Assembly (NCBI GenBank): GCA_016282375.1
Contig: JAEEKI010000011.1
Coordinates: forward strand, 1,691 to 65,690
Length of the DNA: 64,000 nucleotides
DNA from: Bacillales bacterium
GTDB lineage: Bacteria > Bacillota_I > Bacilli_A > RF39 > UBA660
Reading direction: 5' to 3'
This document shows, one piece after another, positions 1 to 9,642 of the stretch (position 1 is its first letter; each line of letters opens with the position of its first letter). Both the position numbers and the translations under genes were made by a program. The notes below the pieces were generated by a model. It saw only the letters and a list, made by a program, of their open reading frames with translations, was not told the origin of the DNA and made no database searches.

Positions 1-84
1 AAATTGATTGATATAGATAATAATGACAGTGAAATTACGCAGAAAGATGCAGTAAGCAATTTAAAACCATTTAATAAAAAGTAA
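1..84 (+). CDS. 3' end of a CDS entering from the left (KLIDIDNNDSEITQKDAVSNLKPFNKK*)
   Basis: Frame 1 is open from base 1 to TAA at 82-84; product unknown. Confidence 0.5.
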   Translation, partial: KLIDIDNNDSEITQKDAVSNLKPFNKK

Positions 85-230
85 AAAAATAATCGGAAGA
101 ATAAGCTATTCGGATTAATAAATATTTAGTCATTTTAGTCAAAAACAATACGGAAACTCGTAGGATTTGGAGCTTTTAGTTGGGTGTAATCACAAGCCGC
201 AATTAATGCAAATAAAAATAAGTAATAATT

Positions 231-255
231 AAGACTAGGGAAATCTAGTCTTTTT
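231..255 (+). terminator. CTAG-family hairpin terminator copy 1
   Basis: aagactagg-gaaa-tctagtctt followed by a T tract. Confidence 0.8.
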
Positions 256-351
256 AAATTATAATTATAAAAATGTAAAGAGGAATTAATATAAAATCTA
301 TTTATCTTTATATTTTGAAATGCTATAATTATTTTCGCTAGAGGTAGGAAA

Positions 352-1230
352 ATGAATATATTTAAAAAGATTTTTAATTGGAGTCTAATGGATTTCTGTA
401 AAACAATATTTGGGTCATTACTATTTTGTTGTGCAATTAATTTTTTTGTTGTTCCCAATGGCTTATATACAGGAGGTGTTTTGGGTTTATCTCAAATAAT
501 AAGAAGTATATTGATTGATATATTTAATATAAAAAGTAGTTTTGATTTTTCCGGGATACTATACTACTTAATTAATATACCTCTTTTTATTGTTGCATAT
601 AAGTCAGTAGGTAAGACATTCTTTTATAGAACATTATTTGCAGTATCAATTCAAACAGTAATGTTATCTGTAATACCCCATAATCAAGTAGTTAGTGATT
701 TACTAACAAATGTAATATTAGGTGGTTTATTAGCTGGATTTGGTGTTGGAATGATTCTATCCAGTGGAGCCTCAACAGGTGGAATTGATATTGTAGGTTT
801 AGCGATTGCCAAAAAGAATAATCATTTTTCTGTTGGTAAACTTGGTATGATAATAAATACTATAATTTATTCAGTTGCGGGAATAAGATATGGTTTAGAA
901 ATAATGATATATTCAATAATATATTCTGCAGTAGATAATCTAATGCTTGATAAGATGCATGAACAAAATATTTGTTCAACTGCATTTATTTTTTGTAAAG
1001 AAAATCCTAAAGTAATCAATGATTTTATAAAAAATGAATTACAAAGAGACTTTACATATTGGCATGCCTATGGAGGCTATGATGATTCAAGAACATATAT
1101 AATATATACTGTTTTAACAAAATATGAATTGATTAAATTAGAAAGAAATATGAAGAAATTCAACATTCAAACTTTTATGGTAAAAAGTGAAGGTATAAGT
1201 GTAAAAGGAGAATTTAAAAAGCAATTTTAA
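352..1230 (+). CDS. YitT family membrane protein (DUF161/DUF2179)
   Basis: GLYTGGVLGLSQ and GASTGGIDI motifs, multiple TM helices, C-terminal soluble domain. Confidence 0.85.
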   Translation: MNIFKKIFNWSLMDFCKTIFGSLLFCCAINFFVVPNGLYTGGVLGLSQIIRSILIDIFNIKSSFDFSGILYYLINIPLFIVAYKSVGKTFFYRTLFAVSIQTVMLSVIPHNQVVSDLLTNVILGGLLAGFGVGMILSSGASTGGIDIVGLAIAKKNNHFSVGKLGMIINTIIYSVAGIRYGLEIMIYSIIYSAVDNLMLDKMHEQNICSTAFIFCKENPKVINDFIKNELQRDFTYWHAYGGYDDSRTYIIYTVLTKYELIKLERNMKKFNIQTFMVKSEGISVKGEFKKQF

Positions 1231-1345
1231 AATATGTTTATAATGCTATCTTTATATGTGTTTTATTGTAATACAATCTGCCATTAATTCAAAAAAGAAT
1301 AAATAGTGTATTAGCTTTTTTATTAATTGATGTATAATGAAAAAA

Positions 1346-1400
1346 GGAGTTTAACTCCATATACTAGTTAACCTACACATCCTAGTATAAAAAAGGGAAG
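1346..1400 (+). ncRNA. preQ1-I riboswitch (probably translational)
   Basis: ACUAG-loop(UUAACCUACACAUC)-CUAGU then AUAAAAAAGGG next to the SD; small upstream hairpin GGAGU/ACUCC; TATAAT at 1333; lies upstream of a queuosine precursor transporter. Confidence 0.8.
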
Positions 1401-1410
1401 GAGGATAATA

Positions 1411-2076
1411 ATGCAAAATGTTTTGCTAATATTCATTAATATATTGGTAACTTTTAGTTTAGTAATATTAATAGAAAAAATCTTTAAAAAAGAAGGCCTA
1501 TATGTTTGGTCAGCTATTGCTCTTATAATGGCTAACATCTTAGAATGTCAAACAGTTGGATTGTTCCATGGCTTTACTGCTACATGTGGAAATGTATTGT
1601 TTGCATCAGTATTCTTAGCAACTGATATTATGAATGAAAAATACGGAGCAGAGTATAGTAAAAAAGCCATTAGATTAGCAGTCTTTGCTATGGTAGCATT
1701 TACAATTATAATGCAAATAGGTTTATTATTTAAACCAGATGTAACAGACATGGCTCATGATTCTATGAAGACCTTATTTAGTCTTAATTTAAGAATAACA
1801 ATATCTAGTATCATTATGTTCTATATAAGTAATAACTTAGATATATTCTTATTTGAAAAAATTAAAAAGAAATTACCTAACAAATTATGGGTAAGAAACA
1901 ATGTCGCAACTATCGTATCTAATGTTTTAGAAAACTATTTCTTTATTTTCTTTGCATTCGTAGGTATTTACGATATACAAACAATGTTAAATATTGCAAC
2001 CACTATTTCTATAGTGGAAATAATAATAGCAATTTGTGATACACCATTTATTTATATTGCAAGAAAACTAAGATAA
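1411..2076 (+). CDS. Queuosine precursor transporter (YhhQ/VUT family)
   Basis: GNVLFASVFLATDIMNEKYG, WVRNNVATIVS and DTPFIY motifs; preQ1 riboswitch upstream. Confidence 0.9.
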   Translation: MQNVLLIFINILVTFSLVILIEKIFKKEGLYVWSAIALIMANILECQTVGLFHGFTATCGNVLFASVFLATDIMNEKYGAEYSKKAIRLAVFAMVAFTIIMQIGLLFKPDVTDMAHDSMKTLFSLNLRITISSIIMFYISNNLDIFLFEKIKKKLPNKLWVRNNVATIVSNVLENYFFIFFAFVGIYDIQTMLNIATTISIVEIIIAICDTPFIYIARKLR

Positions 2077-2129
2077 TTGTAGATTTTTATAAAAAGTATG
2101 TTATAATATTGAAAATTAAGGGAGATATT

Positions 2130-2414
2130 ATGAGAGTAAAGAAAATCTCTTTGAGATTGTTGATACTGAGATTATTATCGATAATACAATACCTCATAAG
2201 GGATATTTTGCTCCCATTTATGTCCTTAAAATCGGAAAAGGATTGTGCTATTAAAGAAAATTTGTCAATTGAGCAAGAGGTAATTTCGCTTGATAAACAA
2301 ATAAGTATGCTTTCACTTCCACTATTAATGATTAATAAACAAATAAAACTAAGATGTTTCGGCATCTTAGTTTTATTATGTCAAAATATATTTTTAAGGT
2401 TCTTTACATCATGA
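2130..2414 (+). pseudogene. Degraded, frameshifted gene remnant
   Basis: TGTTATAAT promoter and GGGAG RBS precede ATG 2130, but the protein-like sequence (KENLFEIVDTEIIIDNTIPHKGYFAPIYVLKIGKG) is in another frame and stops early. Confidence 0.45.
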
Positions 2415-2550
2415 AATGAAAAGGAGGTTCCATGTAAGATATAATTTACATTTATAGTGATTATAAATAATTAGTATTGGTTTATTTTCTGGCTATATGT
2501 TTTAATGAAGACGTGAAAAGCAAAAGCGCTATTGTTTTTTGAGAGGAGAT

Positions 2551-3465
2551 ATGAAGATTATAAAAAACAATTGTAAGAACCATGCATCTAGTGAAAAAAC
2601 TGATAATAAACAAATGAAAGATGTAATTAATCAAATTAATGATTATATTTTAAACAAACATCATACGTGTATTGAAGTACCCATTTTAATGGAACATAAT
2701 GTTCAAGATGGTGTATTTATCGAAGATAGTAAAATATTTAAGACAGATACAAAATCTATTCGTTATGATTTAACTTTGCCTTTATTTGTCTATTATGGCA
2801 ATAATAAAATTAAAGAAAAGTCATTATCTTATACTGTTGGACCTGTATTTAGAGTTGAAAAAGAAGATGCTACACATTTAAGTGAGTTTAATCAATATGA
2901 AATAGATATCTTTAATCCCGATTCAATTCGTGATGATGTCGATATCGGAAAATATATGAAAGAAATCGCAAGTATGTTTTTTGATGAAAAATCAATAACT
3001 TTAAGAATTAATTATCGTCCTTTAACTGAATGGTTAATGAGTTTATCAAATATTTCAGATCGTCAAGAATTCTACAATGAGTTAGATGCTATGGATAAAG
3101 AGTTTTCTGATGAAAAGTGTAAAGAAATGTTCAAAGAAAATTATGATATTGCTAAAAAGGTATTGCAAAGTTCATCAGTTGAGGAATTAGAAAAAATAAA
3201 GGAAGTTCCAAGAGAAATTGTTGATTATTTTCGAAATTATAAGGCTTTAGACGATAAATGTGTTATTCGTCCCTTACTTGCAAGAGGAGCTTTATATTAT
3301 GATGGTGTTGTTTATGAAATGTTTCATTCTAAATTAGGTTCCGCAATTATGGGTGGTGGACATGGTACAATGTTTGGAGCTACAAGAGTAGGTGCTTCAT
3401 TTGGATTAGAAAGACTTCTAATGTGTATTAACAAAACTAAACGTAGAAAAAAAGTTTTAGATTAG
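2551..3465 (+). CDS. HisRS/HisZ-like class II aaRS catalytic-domain paralogue lacking the anticodon-binding domain
   Basis: RYDLT, motif 2 (GPVFRVE..EFNQYEIDIF), RGALYYDGVVYE, GGG, motif 3 (GASFGLERL); about 304 aa. Confidence 0.8.
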   Translation: MKIIKNNCKNHASSEKTDNKQMKDVINQINDYILNKHHTCIEVPILMEHNVQDGVFIEDSKIFKTDTKSIRYDLTLPLFVYYGNNKIKEKSLSYTVGPVFRVEKEDATHLSEFNQYEIDIFNPDSIRDDVDIGKYMKEIASMFFDEKSITLRINYRPLTEWLMSLSNISDRQEFYNELDAMDKEFSDEKCKEMFKENYDIAKKVLQSSSVEELEKIKEVPREIVDYFRNYKALDDKCVIRPLLARGALYYDGVVYEMFHSKLGSAIMGGGHGTMFGATRVGASFGLERLLMCINKTKRRKKVLD

Positions 3466-3469
3466 TAGT

Positions 3470-4270
3470 ATGAATAAAAAAATTGTAGCTATCGGAGGTA
3501 CAAGAACTGGTAGAGTAAATCTTGAAGATAATAATTATGAGATTACAAATATTGATGAGGAAATTATTAATTTAACCGCTAAAGATAAACCGCATTTTTT
3601 GTTTCTTGCTCATGCCCAAATAGCATTTAATCCTGAAAATGAAAAAAGATATTTTGAGATAATGCAAAAAGCATATGGAGATTTATTAGGCTGCGAGTGT
3701 CGATGCATACTAATCTCAGATTTGTATGATAACCCCACTAAAGTTAAAGATTTTATTCAATGGGCCGATATTGTTTATGAAGGTTGGGGTTCAACTTTTG
3801 ATATGATATCCTTATGGAAAAAAACTGGTTTTGACAATTTATTAGAATCAGCTTGGAAGCAAGGAAAAGTTATGTGTGGCATTTCTGCTGGAGCTATGGC
3901 TTGGTTTACTTATGGAAATACTCTAGATAAAAGATTTGCTAATAGCGAATGTAACAAGGTCGAAGGATTAGGACTTATTGATGCTTACTTATCACCACAT
4001 TGTCAAAAACATGGTAAAGAAGAAAGTGAAATAAGAAGTTTAAAAAATCTTAACCAAGTTGGCATATCTCTAAGCGATTGCTCTGCCATTGAGATTGTTG
4101 ATAATCAATTTAAAGTATTAAAATCTGATGCTAGAGACTTATCATTTACTCCATATGCTTTAAAAAGATATTGGGAAAATGATGAATTATATGAAGAACA
4201 ACTAAATAATTTTACTGAATATGAATCATTAGATAGCCTATTAAGTAAAAGTAGAGTATTAAAAAAATAA
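3470..4270 (+). CDS. Peptidase E (S51 family, class I glutamine amidotransferase-like fold)
   Basis: IVAIGG, GISAGA nucleophile, GLGLI..PH motifs. Confidence 0.85.
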   Translation: MNKKIVAIGGTRTGRVNLEDNNYEITNIDEEIINLTAKDKPHFLFLAHAQIAFNPENEKRYFEIMQKAYGDLLGCECRCILISDLYDNPTKVKDFIQWADIVYEGWGSTFDMISLWKKTGFDNLLESAWKQGKVMCGISAGAMAWFTYGNTLDKRFANSECNKVEGLGLIDAYLSPHCQKHGKEESEIRSLKNLNQVGISLSDCSAIEIVDNQFKVLKSDARDLSFTPYALKRYWENDELYEEQLNNFTEYESLDSLLSKSRVLKK

Positions 4271-4280
4271 TACTTTGAAG

Positions 4281-4314
4281 AAGACTAGTTTAATCTAGTC
4301 TTTTTTTGTATAAT
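4281..4314 (+). terminator. CTAG-family terminator copy 2 fused to a -10 (TATAAT 4309)
   Basis: aagactag-tttaat-ctagtctt, T tract, tataat. Confidence 0.75.
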
Positions 4315-4331
4315 ATATAAGAGGTGTAGAA

Positions 4332-5444
4332 ATGAAAGATAACCGTGAAAAAGTAGTTGTTAGAACTAGTATTATTAGCATAATCTCTAATATAACTTTA
4401 GCGGGATTTAAGGCATTCGTTGGACTTCTTGCTAATTCAATAGCAATCATATCTGATGCCGTAAATAATTTGAGTGATGCCTTATCTAGTATTATTACCA
4501 TTGTAGGAACTAAACTTGCTGGGAAAGCTCCAGATAAAAAACATCCATATGGTTATGGAAGAATAGAGTATATGACTTCGATGATTGTATCGGTAATCGT
4601 TTTGTATGCTGGTGTTACAGCCTTTGTAGAATCAGTTAAGAAGATTATTCATCCTGAAATAGCAGATTATAGTACCATAACATTAATTATCTTAATTGCT
4701 GGTATTATTGTTAAGTTTGCTTTGGGATTGTATGTTAAGAAAAAAGGTAAAGATGTTAATTCTGATTCATTAGTCGCTAGTGGGTCTGATGCCTTTAATG
4801 ATGCTTTACTATCACTATCGGTTTTAGCATCGGCGATTATCTATATGATATTTAAAATAAGTTTAGAAGCATATGTTGGTGTGCTATTATCTTTATTTAT
4901 TATTAAAGCTGGTTTAGAACTAATTAAAGAGTCAATTGATAATATATTAGGCCTAAGAGTGGAAAGTAGTCTTGCAAAGTCAATTAAAAAAGAAATCTCG
5001 AAAGAAAAGAATGTTCAAGGTGCATACGATTTAGTATTGCATGATTATGGACCTGATAAGTATTTAGGATCAGTTCATATTGAAGTTGCTGATACTTTGT
5101 CAGTTGCTGAGATTGACAAAATATCAAGAAGAATAACTAGAATTATCAAAGAAAAATATGGAGTAATATTACATACTGTCGGAGTTTATTCTGTAAATAC
5201 TAAAGATAAAAAGATTACGGAAGCTAGAAAAGAAGTAAGTAGTATTGTCTTTGCTCATGAAGGAATACTTCAAATGCATGGCTTTTATTATGATGATGTC
5301 GAGAAAATAATAAGTTTTGATATAATTATTGATTTTAAAGTTAAAGATCGTGAAGAATTATATAAAGAGATTTGTGATGAACTTCGCAAGAAATACAAAG
5401 GTTATACTTTTGATATAACATTAGATATAGATGTAAGTGATTAA
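4332..5444 (+). CDS. Cation diffusion facilitator (CDF) transporter
   Basis: SDAVNNLSD, HPYGYGRIE, ASGSDAFND motifs; extended C-terminal domain. Confidence 0.9.
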   Translation: MKDNREKVVVRTSIISIISNITLAGFKAFVGLLANSIAIISDAVNNLSDALSSIITIVGTKLAGKAPDKKHPYGYGRIEYMTSMIVSVIVLYAGVTAFVESVKKIIHPEIADYSTITLIILIAGIIVKFALGLYVKKKGKDVNSDSLVASGSDAFNDALLSLSVLASAIIYMIFKISLEAYVGVLLSLFIIKAGLELIKESIDNILGLRVESSLAKSIKKEISKEKNVQGAYDLVLHDYGPDKYLGSVHIEVADTLSVAEIDKISRRITRIIKEKYGVILHTVGVYSVNTKDKKITEARKEVSSIVFAHEGILQMHGFYYDDVEKIISFDIIIDFKVKDREELYKEICDELRKKYKGYTFDITLDIDVSD

Positions 5445-5489
5445 GAAATAACTTTTCTTTTTATGCAATAAAGAGTATTGGTAATAAAA

Positions 5490-6060
5490 ATGAAGAATAA
5501 AAGGTTGCGGACAAAAGCGATATTTGATTTTTTAGGGACAGTTATAGTAATTTTAATTATCCTTTTTACAATTTTAATCTTATTTTTCGTAATAAATAAG
5601 GTAATAATTAGTAGACTAAGTTCGAATGAAGAAAATGGTTTTGATAGAAAAACATTTGACAAGGTACACGAGATAGATTATAGTGTATCTTCTGATTTTA
5701 CATCTTTTTATAATGATAAACAGTCAAGTCATACATATTACAATGATGAAAAAGGCGGAATTTTTTGTTGGTTTAGGTTTGAAAAATATGATAAAAAATA
5801 ATATTTCTTTTGAAGAATGGTTTAATGAAAAGAGCACACCTAGTATTGTTAATATCGACTATGTTAGTAGTAAAATATCTAAAATTGTAAATAATGATAT
5901 TGATGTTTATTATAGAGATGGTGTAGATGAATTTAGTACCAATTATTATTATGGTTTTGAAACAACACATTACTATTATCTTTTAATTTATTATGTAAGA
6001 GATGAACTACATGGAGACAGAAATAATCATATATATTATACGACAAGGGAACAACTATAA
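5490..6060 (+). pseudogene. Single-TM surface protein gene split by a frameshift in an A tract (~5790-5800), apparently also 3'-truncated
   Basis: ORF ...FEKYDKK* continues in another frame as NNISFEEWFNEK... Confidence 0.55.
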
Positions 6061-6359
6061 CAGCAATCTTTCCCCAAAAAGTAATAAATACCGCTTCAGG
6101 TAAAACGATAGTGGATGATTTAACAAGTGAAACTCCAGTTATGGAGATAATGCTAAATATGCAAGATTATGAAATTGAATCAGGTAGTGTCCATCAACAT
6201 AAAATATATAATTATGGTAAAGATTCTAATAATAATCTTTCAAAGGGCGCAGATTACATTGTATATGCAATGACAATTGTTCCTAAAAAAGAACTCATTG
6301 AAAGACATAACAGAATGCAGCAATCAAGCTTTCAAGAAAAAGGAATTAGTTTAAATTGA
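6025..6359 (+). pseudogene. 5'-truncated hypothetical gene remnant
   Basis: The frame of ORF 6111-6359 is open upstream (SYILYDKGTTITAIFPQKV...) with no RBS or ATG, and overlaps the previous gene end. Confidence 0.4.
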
Positions 6360-6441
6360 TTGGTAATATCATAGTTTATGTAAAAGTAATTTAGACTTAA
6401 AATTTGACTATTTTGGCTTTTTGTGGTATAATGTCTAGCGT

Positions 6442-6560
6442 TGAAAGGGAGTAGTTCCCATAATGGTTTTTGGTTCGTCAATACGATATGATAAATATCC
6501 GGATCAAAAGAAGTAAAATGAACGAGACTTTCACACATTAGTGTGTGAGTCTCTTTTTTT
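6442..6560 (+). ncRNA. yybP-ykoY Mn2+ riboswitch with intrinsic terminator
   Basis: GAAAGGGAGUAG...CGUCAAUAC...UCCGG...CGAGACUUUC signature; terminator gagactttcacac/gtgtgtgagtctc plus T7; TGGTATAAT promoter just upstream. Confidence 0.85.
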
Positions 6561-6591
6561 TGATTTACACACATGAAAGGGGGAATATTTT

Positions 6592-6894
6592 ATGAAAAAC
6601 AAAAAAGATTATAGTGAAGGATTAGCTTTTTTTCAGGAGTTAATCGTATGTTATGGACTTGCCGCAGTATCCTTTGCAGTAATGTTTCTTTTAGGAGAAT
6701 CAATAAATCCACATGGCATTGAAGAGATTATAGAGAATCCAAAACTCAAGGAATTAATTTATACAATTGCTAACTATCTAAAGGCATGTCCAGAAGCAAT
6801 TAGATATATCGGCTTTTTTCTTAGCGCTGCTTTTACATGTAGTTTTGCAATTACTCCGGTAGTTAATGCATCTGAATTGCTTCGTAAAAAATAA
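6592..6894 (+). CDS. Hypothetical 100-aa protein with two hydrophobic segments, downstream of the Mn riboswitch
   Basis: AAGGGGG RBS, ORF, hydrophobic stretches; no family recognised. Confidence 0.7.
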   Translation: MKNKKDYSEGLAFFQELIVCYGLAAVSFAVMFLLGESINPHGIEEIIENPKLKELIYTIANYLKACPEAIRYIGFFLSAAFTCSFAITPVVNASELLRKK

Positions 6895-6942
6895 TTACAT
6901 CGCATGCACATTTAATTTATACCGATTCTGATAATTTTGGGG

Positions 6943-6978
6943 AAGGCTAGAGAAATCTAGTCTTTTTTATGTTATAAT
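6943..6978 (+). terminator. CTAG-family terminator copy 3 fused to extended -10 TGTTATAAT
   Basis: aaggctaga-gaaa-tctagtctt, T tract, tgttataat. Confidence 0.8.
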
Positions 6979-6996
6979 TTAAATAGGATGTTGGTT

Positions 6997-7611
6997 ATGA
7001 AAGAAGTAGAAAAGAAAATTCAAGTTGATGATAATAGATTTTTGATATACAGAATAACTAATGGATATGTTAAACCAACATATACTATAACAGAAGGCTT
7101 TTTAGAAGATGGCATTTTATTAAGTACCTATAGTTTATCTCAATGGGATGATTATGGTTTGGGCGGATGGATTAATAATGATGAAGGCATTGATAAGATA
7201 TCTTTTGAATTTGATAAAAATCATCCTTTATTCTTACCATTATTTCATTTATTAAATTATGATAATGAATTATTAATTGATGACGATGATACAAAAGAGA
7301 AAAATCAAAAGTATATGTTGGTACGTAGAGAAAAGGATAAGATATATCTCGATTTTGTCGATCATTTAGAAGATAGTGATTCTTTTGAAGAAAGATTTAA
7401 TGTTTTTATAAAAAATATATTGTTTGATGGTAGAAGTAAAATAGATCAAGAACAAAAAGATACAAAAAAAAGATTGCTTACTTTTTTTGCGGAAGCAAAT
7501 AATGCATTAATTAATGATTATAACCAAATAACAATGGAAGAGTCTCTTTTAGAAAATGCTACAAATGATGATTATGAACAAATGAAAAGGGTTTTTAAAA
7601 GAAAAATATAA
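6997..7611 (+). CDS. Hypothetical acidic protein with basic C-tail (KRVFKRKI)
   Basis: ORF with promoter and RBS; no family recognised. Confidence 0.75.
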   Translation: MKEVEKKIQVDDNRFLIYRITNGYVKPTYTITEGFLEDGILLSTYSLSQWDDYGLGGWINNDEGIDKISFEFDKNHPLFLPLFHLLNYDNELLIDDDDTKEKNQKYMLVRREKDKIYLDFVDHLEDSDSFEERFNVFIKNILFDGRSKIDQEQKDTKKRLLTFFAEANNALINDYNQITMEESLLENATNDDYEQMKRVFKRKI

Positions 7612-7620
7612 GCCATTTTT

Positions 7621-7656
7621 AGACTAGATTGTTCTAGTCTTTTTTTATGTTATAAT
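7621..7656 (+). terminator. CTAG-family terminator copy 4 fused to extended -10
   Basis: agactaga-ttgt-tctagtct, T tract, tgttataat. Confidence 0.8.
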
Positions 7657-7676
7657 AATACTAGGATGGTATAGTT

Positions 7677-8831
7677 ATGATAGATAGTATTATGCATAGA
7701 CTAGATAAAACTATAAGTAATCTCAGCAGTGGAAGTTTTGTAGAAATTTTTCCATTGATATTGGAAGATTTAGAATACATTCTTATAAATTATAAAAATG
7801 ATAAAAAAAAATTACCACCAGATGTAGAATTTGAATTTGGAATTGCTTTGACAGAAAAAATTCACGAGTATTATGCTAAACTTGCTAAAGTTTATGTAAA
7901 AGAAATCTATGGTATGGATATGAATATTATTTTAGAAAACAAGTATAGTCTTTCTGGTGCAGGCGGTGGATATAATTCTCAAGATGGAAATATGTATTAT
8001 TCTACGATGGGGGCTCTTTTAGCTACAAAAAGTGATTTAAGTTTTTTACATACTTGTTTGCATGAGGCTTGTCATAAATTACAGCATAGAGTTTATATGG
8101 CTGATAAACCAGTTTTATTTCCTCCCCATATGTTAAAAATACTAAGAGAATCATTATTAGAAGAAAGTTTAACGGAGAATAATAGAGAGTTTTATACTAG
8201 TAATTATACAATGCTTTTTGCTGAAAATGATGCTGAAAATTTTGCGAGAAAAAATATTTATAATTTTATCGATAATTTATTTTCTTTGTATAAAAGACGA
8301 AGTAATAAATCATCAATTGACATGATGAAATTCTTGCCAAAGGTTATGAAAATTAAAGATGCTTTTGTTAAAGTCTTAAGAGATGAAGAATTTAGGCTTG
8401 ATCCAGAGATTATACAACAGCTTTATGGTGAAAACATGTTAAATGGTGATTATACTTTTCATAATCATCAAGTTGATAAACTAATACTCATTGATAAATA
8501 TATTAAATTTCATCCAGAACTTCAAAATCAATATCCTATTTTAAGATTATTATTTGTGGAAAATAGAGTGAAGAATTATGAAGAAATATTACAAGATTGG
8601 GATAATCAAAAAAGAAATTTAAATCAACAAGGTCAGCAAAAAATAGATGCACTATATGAAGAAATAATTAGATTAGATCCTATATTAATGATTACTAGTT
8701 TGTTAGAAAAAAATGATAATCAATCGGTTAGAGATTTTATTGATTTACATCCAACAATTTTCGAAGAGTATCCTGTTGAGATGGCGGAATTAACTGAAAA
8801 ATATGGTAATTTTTATGGCTTAAATAAATGA
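7677..8831 (+). CDS. Hypothetical protein with HExxH zincin-like motif
   Basis: LHEACHKLQH plus a downstream E (AENDAE) as in gluzincins. Confidence 0.6.
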   Translation: MIDSIMHRLDKTISNLSSGSFVEIFPLILEDLEYILINYKNDKKKLPPDVEFEFGIALTEKIHEYYAKLAKVYVKEIYGMDMNIILENKYSLSGAGGGYNSQDGNMYYSTMGALLATKSDLSFLHTCLHEACHKLQHRVYMADKPVLFPPHMLKILRESLLEESLTENNREFYTSNYTMLFAENDAENFARKNIYNFIDNLFSLYKRRSNKSSIDMMKFLPKVMKIKDAFVKVLRDEEFRLDPEIIQQLYGENMLNGDYTFHNHQVDKLILIDKYIKFHPELQNQYPILRLLFVENRVKNYEEILQDWDNQKRNLNQQGQQKIDALYEEIIRLDPILMITSLLEKNDNQSVRDFIDLHPTIFEEYPVEMAELTEKYGNFYGLNK

Positions 8832-8901
8832 TGATAATTCATAGATGAAAAAGATGAAATAATTCATCTTTTTTTGTTATAATTAATGGGGATGTGTTAG
8901 A

Positions 8902-9624
8902 ATGTTTCAGACCGAAAAGGGTACAATAATTGGTGAATTTGATTTATATGATTATGGTCTTCCTACTACTAAGGGATATTTATTACATCAAGTTTCTAAT
9001 GGTGGAAATAATGGTGACAAATATCCAGAGAATAGAGAGTATTTAAGAATTATTGGATTCACTAAAGATAATCAAATAATAGAGTATGGTTATGTCTATT
9101 TTATGTTATATACAACAAAAGAAGGTATACCAATTTCCGAGTATATAGGATTAAAAGTATTTGAAGATTACCGAAATAAGGGTTTAGGAGATTTACTTAT
9201 GTCAGTATATCTTTATTATAGTTATGATAATGGATTTACTTTTGCACAATCAACTACAAAGCAAAGAAAACTAGATTTATTATCACTGATGAATAAATAT
9301 GGCTTCACTGTTAAGAAACCAGAGAAATACGATAATGGTGAAAGAACAACATTATTAGGCAATCAAATGGTTGTTGATATTTTTAAATACAATGAAGGTG
9401 GAATCTATTATCAATTTAAAACTACTAAAGCAGAACAATTATATAGACGAAATAATTACAAAGTTGCTGATAATTATAAATATTTAAGTTCACAGGAAAT
9501 AGCCCCCAATCCAATTGATTATAAAAAGGTTGGTTGGACGGTTCCTCTTGAGGAATATGAACGAACTAATAATGATGATACTTTGGTAGAAGATAATTTA
9601 GCAAAATCAGGCTTTTCTAAATAG
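8902..9624 (+). CDS. GNAT-like acetyltransferase domain protein
   Basis: Acetyl-CoA motif A-like VFEDYRNKGLGDLLM and KYGF. Confidence 0.6.
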   Translation: MFQTEKGTIIGEFDLYDYGLPTTKGYLLHQVSNGGNNGDKYPENREYLRIIGFTKDNQIIEYGYVYFMLYTTKEGIPISEYIGLKVFEDYRNKGLGDLLMSVYLYYSYDNGFTFAQSTTKQRKLDLLSLMNKYGFTVKKPEKYDNGERTTLLGNQMVVDIFKYNEGGIYYQFKTTKAEQLYRRNNYKVADNYKYLSSQEIAPNPIDYKKVGWTVPLEEYERTNNDDTLVEDNLAKSGFSK

Positions 9625-9642
9625 GAAAAATTATAAAAAAAG

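Noticed and set aside
135-458. Minus-strand 107-aa ORF and tmRNA-tag-like ALIAA
   Set aside because: It overlaps the yitT-like gene start and a terminator; no tmRNA ends or tRNA-like domain were seen.
2551-3465. Assigning hisS or hisZ as gene symbol
   Set aside because: It is too short for HisS and has no his-operon context for HisZ.
6332-6574. Minus-strand 80-aa ORF
   Set aside because: It is antisense to the yybP-ykoY riboswitch and promoter, which explain the sequence.
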